Source: Eledone cirrhosa
Taxonomy: Eukaryota
Assembly (NCBI GenBank): GCA_964016885.1
Contig: OZ024743.1
Location: 153,140,001 to 153,204,000, forward strand
Length of the DNA stretch: 64,000 nt
Reading direction: 5' to 3'
Below, one piece after another: positions 34,556 to 49,850 of the stretch; the first letter of the stretch is position 1; the number at the start of each line of letters is the position of its first letter. A program made the position numbers and the translations under genes. The notes below the pieces were generated by a model. The model was not told where the DNA came from and made no database searches. It worked only from the letters and a program-made list of their open reading frames with translations.

Positions 34556-37500
34556 TAAATTGTTTAAAACTTGAACCAAATTGTAGATAAAGACACTCTC
34601 CTCCTCGTGAGAGGAGTCTTCTGCCCGTTATTTTGCCCTTCCTGGTTAAATAACCAGTTATTGGGGATTTGTGCCCAATATTCATTTTAAATCGTAAAAA
34701 AACATGGCTACAAAAAAGAATTTTCACAAGTCACTCCCACTCCTTCCGTCTTCTTCTTCCCCAATCGTCATTACGTCATAGAAAAGATTGTCTCTCTCCT
34801 TCCCTTCTCTAAATGTGGTGTCGCCTTTGTCGCCTCTTTCGCAAGCGACGCCATTAAAGAAAAAGAAAAATGTAGTTTCTCGTAGCGTTCTTCATCAAGA
34901 GAACGCGCGTACCGTGGAACATTTCTCCACGACGGCAACACCGAAAGGTGTGTGCCGTAAATACGGAAAGCCATTTCATTCGTCTGACGTCATGAAGAAT
35001 AGCAGCAGCAGCCGTAATAACAGCAGCATCAGCAACAGTGGCAAGGAAAATACTAGTAGCAGCCGCAACAACATCAGCAGCAGCAGCAACAGCAACAGAA
35101 GCAGCAATAGCAACAACACCAACAACAACAGCAACAGCGGCGGCAGCGGTCGTAGTACCAGCTGCAACAACAAAAGTAAAAGCAGCTCTGACGACAACAA
35201 CAACAACAAAGAAAAACCAATCTCGTTTGCAGGTATCGCAAAGAACCTGGAAACCATCCTTATAACAAATGAGCAATTACAGGAAGCAAGGAAGATGGTG
35301 ACGAAAACCGGACACCGAGCTATCTGCAAGGCCGCTGAAGAATTTTTCGAAAACCATCAGCACTGTACGGTCACGTATCGTACAGTAAGCACAAAATCAC
35401 GTAGGGTTGAAAGAGCCACAGAGGCTCAAATACAAAAAGCCTTAGGGTCTGTGTGGTAGCGGAAAACGCATATCACCAGAGGCAAGAAATATGCCACCGT
35501 GGACGTACTTTTTTACCCAAGTCCCCCCCACCCCGGGATGGCTCCTTCTTGGCTGGCCGCGTCTGTCCTCGTCGGAATCGAGGACAAAACAGCCGTACTG
35601 CAAGTACAGAAAAAGTACGAGAAGATTGGGTCGGCACCTCCATTGAGATGTTAATTCAAACCAACCAGGAGTGCATCGAAGCAATCCGGGATGTGATAGA
35701 CTTCGATAACGGCTCACAACTTCCCATAAGTGTTGAGGGCAAACGCCCGAAATGCTTTCGCTGTGGGTCGAAGACTCACCTCAGAGCCTTCTGCAATGAG
35801 AAAACCCTGAGAAAGGAGACCCCCCCTCCTTCCGAAACAGTCTCCACTGCTACCAGCAACAGGACAGGCGGCAAGCAGGAAGGATAGGTCCGTGGCACCC
35901 ATACCCACGCCACGGAAATCAAGAACAGCAGCAGCAGTGGGAGTATTAACAACAACAACCATTATACCAACTGCAGCTGCAACCGAGTCTCCACTGCAAC
36001 CATCACCAACAAGAACAAGGAAAAGAGTGGAGCTGGTACCCCTCCCCGACCTCACTGAATCGGACATGGAGTGTGAGGTGGGAGAGGGATGGCAAAGGGT
36101 CGCAAGAAAGCACAAACGCAGAAGCAGCGCATCGTCGCCTTCGAAAACGGAAGGAAGAAATGAAAAAAGGGTGAAGGCTACTGCAAAGAGCTACTGCAAC
36201 ATCACCACCCACACTAGCACTACCATCACCACCGGCGGAAACCCCACCGCCAACAACAACAACACCACCACAAGCACCAGCATCGCAAACACAACAACAA
36301 AACACACACACCCAGCAACAACGACAAGAAAATAGCAGAACCACACCCCACCCCAAAAAAAGAAATGCACAGAAATAAATACACACAAAAAGAAACTAAT
36401 GACTTACATAATTGAACATACAGGCATTTCACAGCACGACTACATAATACCAGCACAAATCAAAACACCAACGAACATAAGACTGGTAATAATATCACAG
36501 AACATTAAAATGAAATTCACAAACATTAAAATTAAATTCCCCAACGCAGTTGGTGATTTCAAAGACCTAGGAGGGACACTCAACCGGAGAGTATACTCGG
36601 ATATACTAACAGAAGAGCCCACCACCAGCCGAAGGGACGATTCAACGGTCCCTTCATCAGACGATCAAGGTAAGTGATCCTTTCTCACTTGCCCCGTTCT
36701 TCACCCAGCATGGCCGTATTCAGGATCGGAAGTGTAAACGTGCGTGGCTTGAGCTCGGTTTGCAAGCAGGGTCACTTGCTTAACGACCTCAGGTCACTAA
36801 ACATAGATGTGGCGGCGATCAGCGAGACGAGAATCTCCGAAACGCAAGCTTTCGCACCGATCTTCGACGGTTACGAGGTGTACGCATCTCCGAGCCGTCC
36901 GGGAGCGGGGGCGGAGTATGCTGTGTTGTTTCGGAAAGGCTTGGGTCTCGCCATACGGACCATCTTCCTGGACCCAGAAGGTAAGTCGGTGGTGCTGGAC
37001 ATAAGCGGCACCGAAGGCAACGCTTTCAGGCTAGTAGCCGTCTATGCCCTGACAGGGACAGAACCTGCCAGATTTCTTCAGACGTCTAGAGACCTCTTTA
37101 GTGTTAGTGGGCGACTGGAACGGTGTCTTGGATGCACGCTGGGATTGTGTGGGGCTAGTGTATAGGGGAAGAGGGTGCAAGAGCCTCACCAACCTGCTCA
37201 GACGTTTTGAACTGTCTGACAGGTATCGACTGGATCACCCGAATGTGCCAATGTGATCATGGACAAACCGCATCGGGTCATCCAGATGGTATCTCGATCG
37301 GGTTTTCTGCAGAGAACTAGATAAGGCTAGTATAAGTTGTCCATAATTTAAAATAGTCGACTACACAGACCACAAATTTGTGATTTGTGAGATCGACATA
37401 GACAGATTTCATAGACAAGGACCCGGTTACTGGAAGCTGAACGCCTCTTTCCCGGCGCGCAAAGCCTACAGAGACCGGATTAGCGTCTTAGTTAAGCGGG

Positions 37501-40420
37501 TGTTGATGGGAGCGGTCGTCAACAACAGGTAGGGGTTTGACCTGAAAAGGGCAATTAAAGTAGAGTCGATTAGGTTTAGCAAAGGAATAGTGATAGAGGA
37601 AAATAGATTAGAGGGAGAGATAGTCAGAAAGCTAGAAGAGGCGTTTAGGACAGGCATCGCAACCGACGTGCTTGCGGCGAGATTGGCACTCGACCAATTC
37701 TTCAACGCAAAACACAAAGGCTGCGTTGTCAGAGCTAGAACGCGTGCTCTGAAACACGAGGGGACGAAAGCTGTCCAATGGGCCCGGGTTGCAGAGGCCC
37801 AACGTGGCAACAAAGCCACAATTCGGTCTTTGTCTGACAAAAACGGGAGCGTATTGCTCAAACCCGAGCAGATGTGTGAGGCTTTTCAGCAGCACTTTGC
37901 TGAAATGTTCGCGAGCAGCGGCGGGCCGGATCGGGATATGGACTTCAGTGCATACCTCGACGGACTGCCTCGGCTCTCGACGACCGCAGCACAGTGTTGC
38001 GAAAAGCTAATAACAACCGGTGAAATACGGGAAGCGATGACTAACTGCACGAGGGATAAATCGCCAGGTTTGGATCGTCTGCCCTACGAGATTTATGAAT
38101 TTATGCCAGACTTGTTCGGTGACCTCTCGGCAGACGTCTACTGCAACAGGCAGCAGAACGGGAGCATTACCAGTTTTGTGAGCCGCGGAGTCGTGGTGCT
38201 GCTGAGAGAAGACCCGAAGAAGGAGGATGTTATTGATAACTTCAGGCCCATAACTCTGCTAAAAGCAGAGTTCAAGATTTTGGCCAAGGTGTTAGCAACG
38301 AGGTTGGTGCTTGTCGTCAAGGGTCTGGTGGGAGAGGCGCAGGCATGCGCCATTCGGGACAGATCCATACACGACAACGTCCACCTCATGCGATACATCA
38401 TAGAGAAGGTGGTTAAGGAACCTGGCACGGGTGGGGCCCTGACCAAATTGGATCAATCCAAAGCATTCGATAGAGTCGACCATCGGTACCTGGCGGCGGT
38501 CCTCGAGGCAGCCGGTTTCGGGCCCGTTTTCAGGGGTTGGATCGCAGTGATGTACAGCGACATCTGCTCAGTTGTGAAGGTGAACGGTCACCTGTCGCAG
38601 CCATTCAGCATCATGCGTTCGGTCCGCCAGGGTGGTCCCCTCTCGTCCCTCTTGTACGTATTAGCTCTCGAGCCGTTACTGCACAAACTGGGGGCGATGA
38701 GGAGCGTCCCACGCGAACTAGGATGCGGGAAATCCGAATCGGCTTACGACGACGACGTCACCGTGGTGGTGTAGAGCACCAGACACGTCCAGATGGTCGG
38801 CACCGCTGTCAAGGAATACGAAGCGGTAACAGGAGCAAAGATAAACCAGGAAAAGTCGGTGGGCTTGCAGCTCGGCACCTAGATAGGCAAGTCCATGACG
38901 TCCGACAGCGTCGTGGGACGTTGGACGGACGGACCGGTTAAATTGCTAGGGGTCTGGTTCGGACCTGACCTCCAGATGGAGAAAAAATGGATCGAGGTGA
39001 CGAGCAGGGTGGCCTCCCTCACCCAGAAATGGGCCAAGAGGAAACTGTCCCTGAAAGGCCGGGCGGAGGTGGCGAATGCGTACATCGCATCCGTCATCTG
39101 CTACCACCTCACTGCCGTCCCTTGCCCCGGCCCAACTCTCACCAAAATGGAGCGCCTCCTCTTCCGCTTTTTGTGGAAGGGACGCGCTCCCATGGTCAGA
39201 CGATCCATCTGCTGTCAACCCCCGTTGCGTGTAGGACTGGGCATGCCATGGCTGATGATGCGCAAACATGCGCTGAGGCTGCGCCATCTCTGGTGCTTCC
39301 TTGACGGTGAACAGGTATGGTTGACGGTCACCAAGCACGTTTTCCCACAGCTCCTCTCCTTGACGGATCTGCAGTCCTGGATCAAGAAAAGACCGAGGGA
39401 TAGCGCTTGGAAACTGGAATGTCTCCAGGCGCTCATTGCCCTCTGCCAGCTGGGCACTGATGTCGGTGGAACATCCACCTCGGCATTCTATAGAGGACTA
39501 GTAGAGGGGAAGAGCGACGACGTTCTAGGAGAGATCCTGTGCATCGAAGAAGATCAGCTGTTTGCTCTCTTCCGGAGAACTTTCAGCCCAGGGCCTATGG
39601 ATAACTTCCAAAAATCCCTGGCCTGGCAGTGCTACTGGAGAGCGTTGCCGGTTCGAGATAAGCTCTACAGGCACGGAAGTGCCGTCAGCCGAGCCTGTCC
39701 GGGATGTGCGCAGAGCGACGAAACCGTCGTGCACGCACTCGTTCAGTGCCCGACCATTGCTGACCTGTGGAGCTATGTCGAACAGTTGCTGTCGCGTGTA
39801 CGACTGATCTGGTTATCCAATGAGTCCATTGTGCAGATGGTCTCGCCGTCTTCCTTCGAGGAGGACGGGCAGGCGGTTTTCATCTCCCTGGTGGCCATGG
39901 GGAAAGAGATTATGTGGTGGACAAGGTTGAAAGGGTTAAAGACAGATACTTTCCTCTTTGGCGAATCCCTAATTAACTTTTTCAAGTTTCACTTGAAGAG
40001 GACAATCAGGGTGGAGAGGCAAGTGCTGCCTTCTAGCAAGTTTGTTGAAAGGTGGGTGAATGTAGCGAGAATGGTCCGAGTGAACGGGACCGCTCTGAAT
40101 ATACGCCTGTAGTTTGAGAAATGGAAAAATTGAGAGAGGGCGCATGCCCTAGTGGTCAGGATGGCCGTGGTCTTTTGTGTGGTTTTCGCCACGAGTAACC
40201 CTCAGAGGTTTCCCCCCATTGGGATATGTTTCATTGTTTCAATTTTCATTTTTATTGTTTATATATATATATGTTTCTATGTCTTTTTTTTTCTTTTCTT
40301 ATATAAATAATAAAAATGTTTACACGCACAAAACCCACATCGTACCGTCATGTACCGTCCTGTGCCGTTTAATGTTTTTCTTGAAGTCAGCCTTTGTGGC
40401 CAATACAGAAATCATTATAA
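34556..40420 (+). mobile_element. near-full-length decayed Tx1-like LINE between (ATT)n tracts
   Basis: ORF1 pieces 34788-36677 (CFRCGSKTHLRAFC); ORF2 pieces 36674-37165, 37590-38774 and 38895-40112; 3' UTR; flanking (TTA)n at 34528-34555 and 40420-40457. Confidence 0.93.
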
Positions 40421-40457
<37 letters not shown>

Positions 40458-43400
40458 GGCGACCTACGTAGGAAATCGTATCATCGTGAGCTCCGCAAAG
40501 GTTTGTTGTTTTCGTTTGTTTAAAATTGCCATTTATGGAAAATCTTTGTTGTTAACTATTTATAAGGTCACAAAATTTGCTTTCGGAAAAGGACACTCAA
40601 AAAGATTGGGGCCTTGAGCCCAAAATTTAAACTTTTATAATTATCAAACAAAAAAAAATTTCTTTGAAAAAAATCATGGACGACTCACAGTCACACGTTC
40701 CTCACAAACTAACACCTCCCACCGACACCACCATTGTAAATATTACTACGTTTGCCAACACTAAAATTATGAGCAGTAGTAATAATTTAAATTTGTCTCA
40801 AGCAGACATTCATTTCCCGCCATTACCAATGGCTGCAGGTGTTGAAGCCGCCACCCCCACCACCACCACAGCGACAACAGAAACAAAAGAAAAAATAAAT
40901 TATCTCGTGACATCGAAATGGATTTACCCAGAATGGACTCTTCCACACCGAACACCACTGACGCCACCACCACCACCACAACTGAAACTAAAAATAACAA
41001 TAACAAATATAACGATAACAACAACAGCAACAACAACAATGAGAATAAGAAAACCACCCTGAGTTTTGCCAGAGTAGCAAAAAAGTGCGAAACTAAGGGG
41101 GAATGAGATGAAGCCAAGAGAATGGTAAAGAAAGATGGGTATAGGGTCAGCCTCACCCCCACCACCCAATCAAAAATAGGAGCAACGTCGCCTATGCACC
41201 ATGTCTTATCGGACGATTAACATAAAATCGCGCCGAGTGGAACGGGCATCCGAGTCCCAAATCCAAAAAGCTTTGGGACATATGTGGGCAAAAAACCCCC
41301 ACATCAGACGTGGGCAGAAATATGGAACCGTGGACGTGTTCTTTGAAACACCACAGGAGGCTAGAGAACACTCCATGGCCCCATTAAGAAGTGACGTCTT
41401 CACACTCGTCCCAAGATATTGTGGCCAGAGACTTGAGAAGATCAGGGTGACCCACGTTCCACCGGCCATCGAAATTCCCTGACTAATGTCTGCCGTCCAA
41501 GCCGGCATCGAGGCCAACACCAAGATAATCGAAATAGCGAAAGAAAAGCAGGAGAACTGGTCCGGATCTGGGATGGAGCTCCTGATCCAAGCGGAACAAA
41601 AAAGCATTGAAGAGATCCCCGAGATAATAGACCTCACTGACGGCAGCCACCACACCGTAATCGTCGAGGGCAGAAGGCCTAGGTGTGTCGTTTGTGATGA
41701 AGGAACCGACCTAAAGGCTTTCTGCTCTCAGGCTAAAAGGTTGAAGCCACCTCTCTTACCCACCCCAGTGACTCAACCATCAACACCACCAGCAGCAGAA
41801 ATGGCAGCAACAACTGTAGCAGCAACAACAGAAGCAACTGTAACAGCAGCAACCCCAGCAACAGTAGGAGAACCAACACCACCACCACCCAACGCGCCAG
41901 AACTAGCCCCAGCGCCTACACCATCCACCACGCCACAACCAAAACCAACGCCTGTGGAGGATTTTTCACTCCCCGACCTATCGCAACTGGAGACAGATTA
42001 TGACGACGAGGAGTGCGAAACGGTATCAGGAAAAAAGAAAAAAAGAAAAAGAAACCAAAAAAGAAAAAATCCCCTTCCTTCCCCCTCCAAAAACAAAATA
42101 CAGAGGGAAACAAATAAACTGTCAAACAAAAAAGTTAGGACAGCTATGCCACCATCCACACCAGCATCACCAACGTCATCACCCCAAACACCAGCACCAT
42201 CACCATCATTAACCCCAACAACACCATGACCATCACCAACACAAGAGTCACCAAAAAGCGAAACAGAAACAAACCCACAACAAACGCAAACAAAACAAAA
42301 CAACCAAAACGATACTCACTACACAGCATTAAATTTGAACAACAACCAATTATTACACTACATCCAACACAACACCAGCATCACAGAAAAAGATGACACA
42401 ACAACCCAAAAATTCACACCACCTCCACACATACAAATCACTCGCATCACAGAAAACGTACACGACACTAAAACAAAAATTACCCAAAGACATCGGAGAC
42501 TTCCGACAAGCACACTCCAGGAAGATGTATAAGGACATCCTTCTGGAGGAGGCCAGAAGCAGTGAAAAGGATGGAGAAACCATCCTTCCTCTACGAGAAG
42601 GAAGGTAAGTGGTCTTTCCCATCTTTTCCACTCTATTTCCACATGACCTCACTCAGAATAGGCAGCATAAATGCACGTGGCTTGGGGTCGTCATGGAAGC
42701 AGGGCCACCTGCTCAACGAACTCAAGTCACTAAACATAGATGTAGTGGCCATCAGCGAGACCAGAATCTCCGAAGCACGGGCCTTCGCACCGATCTTCGG
42801 CGGCTACGATGTGTACGCATCTCCCAGCCGTCCGGGAGGATCCGGCTACTGGAAGCTAAACGTGTCCTTACCAACGCGCAAGTCCTACAGAGACGGATTA
42901 GCGAACTAGTTAAGCGGGCGTTGACAGGGGCCATCGTCAACAACAAGTGCTGGTTTGCTCTGAACAGAGCGATTAGAATAGAGTCCATTAGGTTTGGTAA
43001 GGCTTTAGCAATAGAGAAAAATAGAGCAGAGGGAGAACTAGTTAAAAAATTAGACGAGGCGCTTAGCAAAGTCATCGCGTACTTGCGGCGAAATTGGCGT
43101 ACTCGCGTACTTGCGTCAAAATTGGCCCTTGACCCATTGTTCAATGCAAAGCACGAAGGCTGCGTTGTCAGAACTAGGGTGCATGCTCTCAGACACGAGG
43201 GGACGAAAGCCGTTCAATGTGCCCGAGTGGCGGAGGCGCGTCGTGGCAACCAAGCCACGATCCGGTTTTTGGTGGACCACGATGGGCACATGCTACTCGA
43301 TCCTGGGCAAATGTGTGAAGCTTTTGAGCGACACTTCGCTCAGCTGTTCGGGAGCAGCGGCGGGCCGGGTCGAGGGATGGACTTTAGTGTCTACCTCGAC

Positions 43401-45661
43401 GGACTGCTGCGGCTCTCGGCCACTGAGGCGGAATGTTGCGAAAACCCGATAACAGCCGCTGAAGTCCGGGAGGCAATGACTGGCTGCACAAGGGGTAAAT
43501 CGCCTGGTTTGGATGGTCTGCCCTATGAACTTTACGTACAGATGCCAGACTTGTTCGGAGGCCTCTTGGCGGACGTCTACTGCAACTGGCAACAGAACGA
43601 GAGAATTCCTCGCTCTGTGAGCCGAGGAGCGGTGGCGCTGCTGAGAAAGGATCAGAACAAGGGGCATAACATAGATAATTTCAGGCCCATAACTCTATTA
43701 ACACAGAGTTAAAGATTTTGGCCAAGTGCTAGCAAAGAGGTTGGCGCTTGTCGTTTGTGCTCTGGTGGGAGAGGCGCAGTCATGCGCCATTCCCGACAGA
43801 TCCATCCACGACAACCTCAACCTCATGCGATACATCGTAGAGAGGGTAGCTAGGGAACCTGGCACGGGTTGGTCTTTGATCAATTTAGATCAGTCGAAAG
43901 CTTTTGAAAGGGTCGACCATCGTTACCTAGCGGCAGTCCTGAGAGCAGCTAGCTTTGGGCCCGTCTTCAGAGGCTGGATCGCTGCCATGCACAGCGACAT
44001 CAACTCTGTGGTGAGAGTGAACGGTCACCTTTCGGAACTGTTCAATTTCATGCGCTCGGTCCGCCAAGGATGTCCCTCTTGTCCCTCTTGTACGTATTGA
44101 CCTTCGAGCTATTACTGCACAAACTGGAGACGTTGAGGGGAATCCCGCGCGAACTAGGATGCGGAAGATCCGTGTCAGCGTATGCGGACGATGTCACCGT
44201 AGTGGTGTCGAACGCCAAACACAGCGAGGCGATTGGCACTACACTAAGAGAATACGAAGCGGTGACAGGAGCAATGATCAACCAGGAAAAGTCAGTGGGC
44301 CTGCAGCTCGGCCCCTGGAGAGGCAGGTCCATGCCGTCCAACAGCGTCGTCGGGCGCTGGACGGACGCACCAGTTAAATTGCTAGGGGTCTGGTTCAGTC
44401 CGGACCTTCAGACGGACAAAAACTGGGATGAGGTGACGAGCAGGTTGGCTTCTCTCACCCAGAAATGGGCGGAGAGGCAGCTATCCCTGAAAGGTCGAGC
44501 GGAGGTGGCTAACGCGTACATCGCGTCAGTCATCTACTACTGCCTGACCGTCGTACCTTGTCCTAAGCCCCGCCTGACTGCGCTGTAGCGTTTGCTCTTT
44601 CGCTTTTTGTGGAAGGGACGTGCTCCGATGGTCAGGCAGTCCATCTGCTGTCAACACCCGCTACGTGGAGGGCTGGGCATGCCGTGGCTGATGATGCGCA
44701 GACACGCACTCAGGCTACGACATCTCCACCTCTTCCTCGACGGTGATCAGGTGTGGTCGCCTTTTGCTAGACGCGTCTTTCCCCAGCTCGTCTCCTTGAT
44801 GGATCTGCAGTCCTGGGTCAAGCGAAGACCGAGAGGGAGAGCTTGGAGACTGGAATGTCTTCAGGCGCTCACAGCCCTCGACCAATCGGGCAATGTGATC
44901 GTGGAAACTCCACCTTGGCGTTCTATATAGGATTAGTGGAAGGGAAGAGCAACGACGTACTTGGAGAAACTCTATGCGTCGACGAAAATCATCTAGCCAA
45001 TCTCTTTGGAAGAAATTTCGGGCCGGGTTCTATGTACAACTTCCAGAAATCCCTGGCCTGGCAGTGCTACCGAGGAGCTTTGCCAGTTCGGGATAACCTC
45101 TACAGGCATGGAGGTTTAGTCAGCCGGACATGTCCGACATGCGCGCAGGGCGACAAAACCGTCCTGCACGCACTCGTCCAGTGTCCGAGCATTGCTTACT
45201 TGTTGGTTTATGTCGAACACCTGCTGTCGCGTGTAGGACGGATCCAGCTATCAGCTGAGTCCATCGTGAGGATTGCCCCGCCCTCTTATTTTAGTCGGGA
45301 AGGGCAGGCAGTTTTTACCTGTCTGGTGGCCATGGCGAAAGAGATAGTATGGTGGACACGTTTGAAAGGGCTGAAGTCGAGCACTTACCTCTTCGGTGAT
45401 TCCCTGATTATTAACTTTTTCAAATTTCATTTGAAAAGGAAAATCAGGGTAGGGAGGGAAGTGCTCTCTTCCCAGCATTTTGTTGAAAGATGGGTGAGAG
45501 AAGCAAGAATTGCCCGAGTGAATGGGCCTACTCTGAGTATGTGTCTGTAAATTAAAGGTGGAAAACTGGGCGAAGGCACTACTTGCCCTGGTGGTCAGGG
45601 TCACTGTGGCTTTTTAATAGGCTTTCTCCACGAATGTCCCTCGGAAGTCTCTCCCCTATTG
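40458..45661 (+). mobile_element. decayed Tx1-like LINE with its 5' end, a deletion in the endonuclease (~42838) and a truncated 3' UTR
   Basis: 5' UTR shared with 55668; ORF1 pieces 40664-42608; ORF2 pieces 42643-45550. Confidence 0.92.
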
Positions 45662-46300
45662 TGAACAGATAATCTGGTTCTTGAGGGACAAATCCATTTC
45701 CATCACTCTGACTGCATTTACTTGGGGGTAAACACATGTGTGTGGTGAGGGTGTTGCTGTAATCTGTCTCCAAATACATGAGATTATGTCTCATCAGGCA
45801 GCGAAGCAAATCTATAGGTGTTTCAATCCATTCCACTGTAACACTAGTGACACTCACCAATATATAAAATGAAATCCCTGCACAACAGCACAAAATTAGA
45901 TGATTTTAATGTTATGACTCTGAGCGAGATGTCTCCATCTATCTCAATGTGCCAGAACAACATAAGATTAAAAGTTTTTATGTTGTGTGGTGCTATGTAG
46001 CAAACTTTCGTGCTATGTAGCAAACTTTCGTGTGATAAGCCTATAATACTTTGAAGAGGGAAGATTGACCACATATACCACAAACGCTTCCATAGAAGAT
46101 TTTAAAGAAATGTTTATTGGCCATGCCATTTCTCAGTATGGTGATATGTCATAGCCTGCGAGTTAACTTCACCTTTCAATTTGTGATTAGTTCCGTTGGG
46201 GATAACTCAAAAGGAGCCTGTTAACCAAAAAAACTATGCACACCAGAAAAACTAAAAGCTCCTATTCAGTAGGAGATCACTGCAATACCTCAAATCCCTA

Positions 46301-46790
46301 TCATCATCATCATCATCATCACCGTTTTACGTCCGTTCTTCCACGCTAGCATGGGTTAGACGGGTTGTCCTGTTGTGGGCAGTGTCTGGTCGGCTGACCA
46401 TGCCTTGCTCATACAGGAACTGATTTGGCTTGATTTCTACAGCTGGATGCCCTTCCTAACACCAACCTCATTTACAGTGAGTGCTGGGTGCTTTTTCGTG
46501 GCACCTACACGTCCACTTTACAGTGTGGGCTGGGTGCTTTTTTGCCATGGCACCTCCACGACCACCTTGCGGTGAGTGGTGTGGGGGCATATTGTCTATA
46601 TGCTTCAGCTTGTACCCATGGGAGGTCGGGTACTCTGTATTACTGCGTGACGCCAGAGGTCACGGTCGTGTGTCATTGCCTTTGAGAGGTGTAATTGGGT
46701 AAGGTCGGCTTTTATCACCTCATCCCAGGTCATCTTGCGTCTCCCCACTCCGCAGTTTCCATCGACTTCTATATAATGTACAATACAGAA
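46301..46790 (-). mobile_element. RTE 3' coding fragment joined to the 3' half of the CORE-like SINE
   Basis: GRRKMTWDEVIKADL...DRDLWR (46605-46790), followed on the minus strand by a close match to 3190-3470 ending in (GAT)n. Confidence 0.75.
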
Positions 46791-47431
46791 CTTCCACACT
46801 AGGTTACTACAAGTATGTAAGTGAAACAATGAGAAGCATTTGAATGATGTTATTTAAAAGACTAAATGAACTTATATGTTACTTACATATTTATAGATGA
46901 CATATTTATAGATGATAAGCCCTGTTGTATGCATTTAGACTATAAAGGCTGCTTATGTATCACATTTGCCAACATTGTATTCATTTAAAAATCATTAGCT
47001 TTCTTGCCATGCTACTCTATGGTACTGTTTACAGAGAGACTCACATATATTTCCATTTGATAAATGGAAAGCCATCCAGAGTGTTGAGACAGTTATTTAG
47101 TCATTGTTTAATAACAATATCAAAAATTATAAATAAAATAGAATAAACTGAATGTTTTTTCAATGAAATATTTAAATAACTGAATAAATGAATATATAAA
47201 ACAGAATGGAGAAATATATTAACAAGACAGGAAGCAAACACAGTTCAATACAGATTGTATTTATAATGAAATGCAATGCAGAGGAATTCATTTTCTTTCT
47301 ATAAACATGTTTACAAGGAGATTACAAAGTTGATAGCTCCATATATATATGTATATATATATATATAGACACACACACATACATATATATACAGACACAC
47401 ACACATACATATATATACATATATGTGTATA

Positions 47432-47499
<68 letters not shown>

Positions 47500-49590
47500 C
47501 ACACAGACACCCATTGCACATGCATATATATATATACATTGCAATTTTCAATATTAATATCCATATCAATGTCTCTGGATCTGCATAAATCCATACACAT
47601 TTATGAACGTGCACCTAAGCACAATTCTGTATGTTCATAAATATTAATGGTAATTTAGAAATGTTCTTTCTAGTCTACTTTGGTCCCTTATGCTATGTAT
47701 ACTAGCTGTACTTACTGTTATAAAATTAATGTTAATGCATTTTAGAACGGTTGTTTAGTTGTGAAATGAAAAATAAATGCCAGTCTATTACTCATAAAAC
47801 TACTCGATAAAACTTCTTATTCTCTCAACAAATAACTGGTGTGAATATACCATCACAGTGGGTATGTGTTCAATAGTTTAAAGTTCAATAAAATATATGA
47901 GACTATTTAAGATTTAAATATCTTTCAAATGGATTTTTATGGATATAAGGTTCAGATAAATGTTTGGGTTGATCATCATCATCATCACCACCACCACCAC
48001 GACCACCACCATCATCATCATCATCATCGTCGATTAACGTCTATCTTCCATGCTAACATGGGTTAGACTGTTTTGTCCCATTTAGAGGCAAGTTGGGTCG
48101 GGTGACATTGAAATGTTTTTAAAATGTATTTGAAAATACAAACAAACCAAACCAAACCATGTAAGTACCTGATGAACTTATATTGTTTAAAGTACATATT
48201 TTCATTCATTCTTTGATTTGGAATCAGTTTTGTCATAAACAAATATCATATGTGCAACATAAGAAATGTTTGGAACTAATAAAATTATTCTAAATGAAAT
48301 ACATATGTAAAATATAAAATAAATCCAAACACAAAATTCAGATATAAAACATGCCTGAATATTTTCAAACTAAAATGTGTTTGGTTCACATTTGAGGCAT
48401 CAAACTATTCCACTGCCATCTCAGTCCTTTTTGTTCTAAATAAATCTTGGGAAAATCTATAATGTGGATATGGAAATCTCCCAAGCAGAATATTTTGTTG
48501 CAAGAAAAATGAGAAACTGTGTGACAAAAAAAATTTTACTTTATCTGAAGCTTTGGGCAAAGAAAAACTAAACTATAGAAAAAATAGAAAATAAGACCTC
48601 TAAATATCATATAAGTTTTTATCCAATTCAAATAAACTCAATCTAGTTACAAGCTTAAACCTTCACTTTCAAAACTGATCTTAATTTTGATTTCTTGTAT
48701 TGTAGAGGTCAATATTTGCACAATTTAATCTTATACAATATATGACTGATATTTATAATTTGTTTTGTTTTTGACCTCAAAAAGAGGAAACATAAACTTG
48801 ACCATGGTTTGGATTTGAAATCAATGTAAATGGAGAGGTGTAAATACTCTAAAATATTTAACCCTACACTATCACTTCTGCCTATATCAGGCTTTGGAAA
48901 AGAAATACTAAAATATATTTAGTCTGGTGCTTCAATAATTCTGCCAATTTGTGTAGAATACATTTATAATTATAATGTATACTAGATTTTTCTCTCTATT
49001 TCAGGAGCTGTGTTATTTCTTACATTCAACATTGGAATTTTATTTTTGGATTTCTCAATTCTACAGATAATACTTAGCTTTAGGTGTTCTGAAAATCACA
49101 GACAACTGATAGATACTATGTTCTAATTCATCGTCTTATATTTAAGCATTATATGACTATTGAAAGTTTTATCTCCATTGAGTACATCATGAAATCTAAC
49201 TTTGACACTGATCTCTAAATCTGATACATTGGAAAGGCCAAACGGGTTATTAATCATAAATTTCAAATTTATAAGAACTAGACACACACTTTCACATACA
49301 TGTATAGTCACACTTTCACTCCCATACACATATGTATATATACAATTATATATATATGTGTATGTGTGTGTGTATGTGTGTGTGTGTGTGCGTGTGTATG
49401 TGTGTGTGTGTGTGTGTATAAACACTAAACAGTATACTTGTATATCCATTCATTCCATTCTTTTACACAGTCTCCCTTTATGTATTATTGTGTGTCCATG
49501 AGAATGTGTATATCCACATGTGTTCAGCTATATATTAGGAAATGTAAAAATACTGAAAAAAGTATTGGCAGACACAGACACTCACACTAT

Positions 49591-49672
<82 letters not shown>

Positions 49673-49773
49673 GCACACACATACACGCACACACATATAT
49701 ATGTATATATATATATATGAGATGATATGGTATATATATATATATATGATATGTAATATATATGTATATGATA

Positions 49774-49850
<77 letters not shown>

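Noticed and set aside
36670-36708. 39-nt GT...AG micro-intron fusing ORF1 to ORF2
   Set aside because: Removing it does not put the ORF2 ATG in frame, and two of the four homologous spacers lack the AG.
45662-46290. Possible host exon or transposase relic (ORFs 45579-45893 and 45844-46083)
   Set aside because: No recognisable domain or convincing splice sites; left unassigned pending a BLASTX search.
48165-48200. CTGATGA followed by a weak hairpin
   Set aside because: No GAAA, stem III or stem I at the required spacing.
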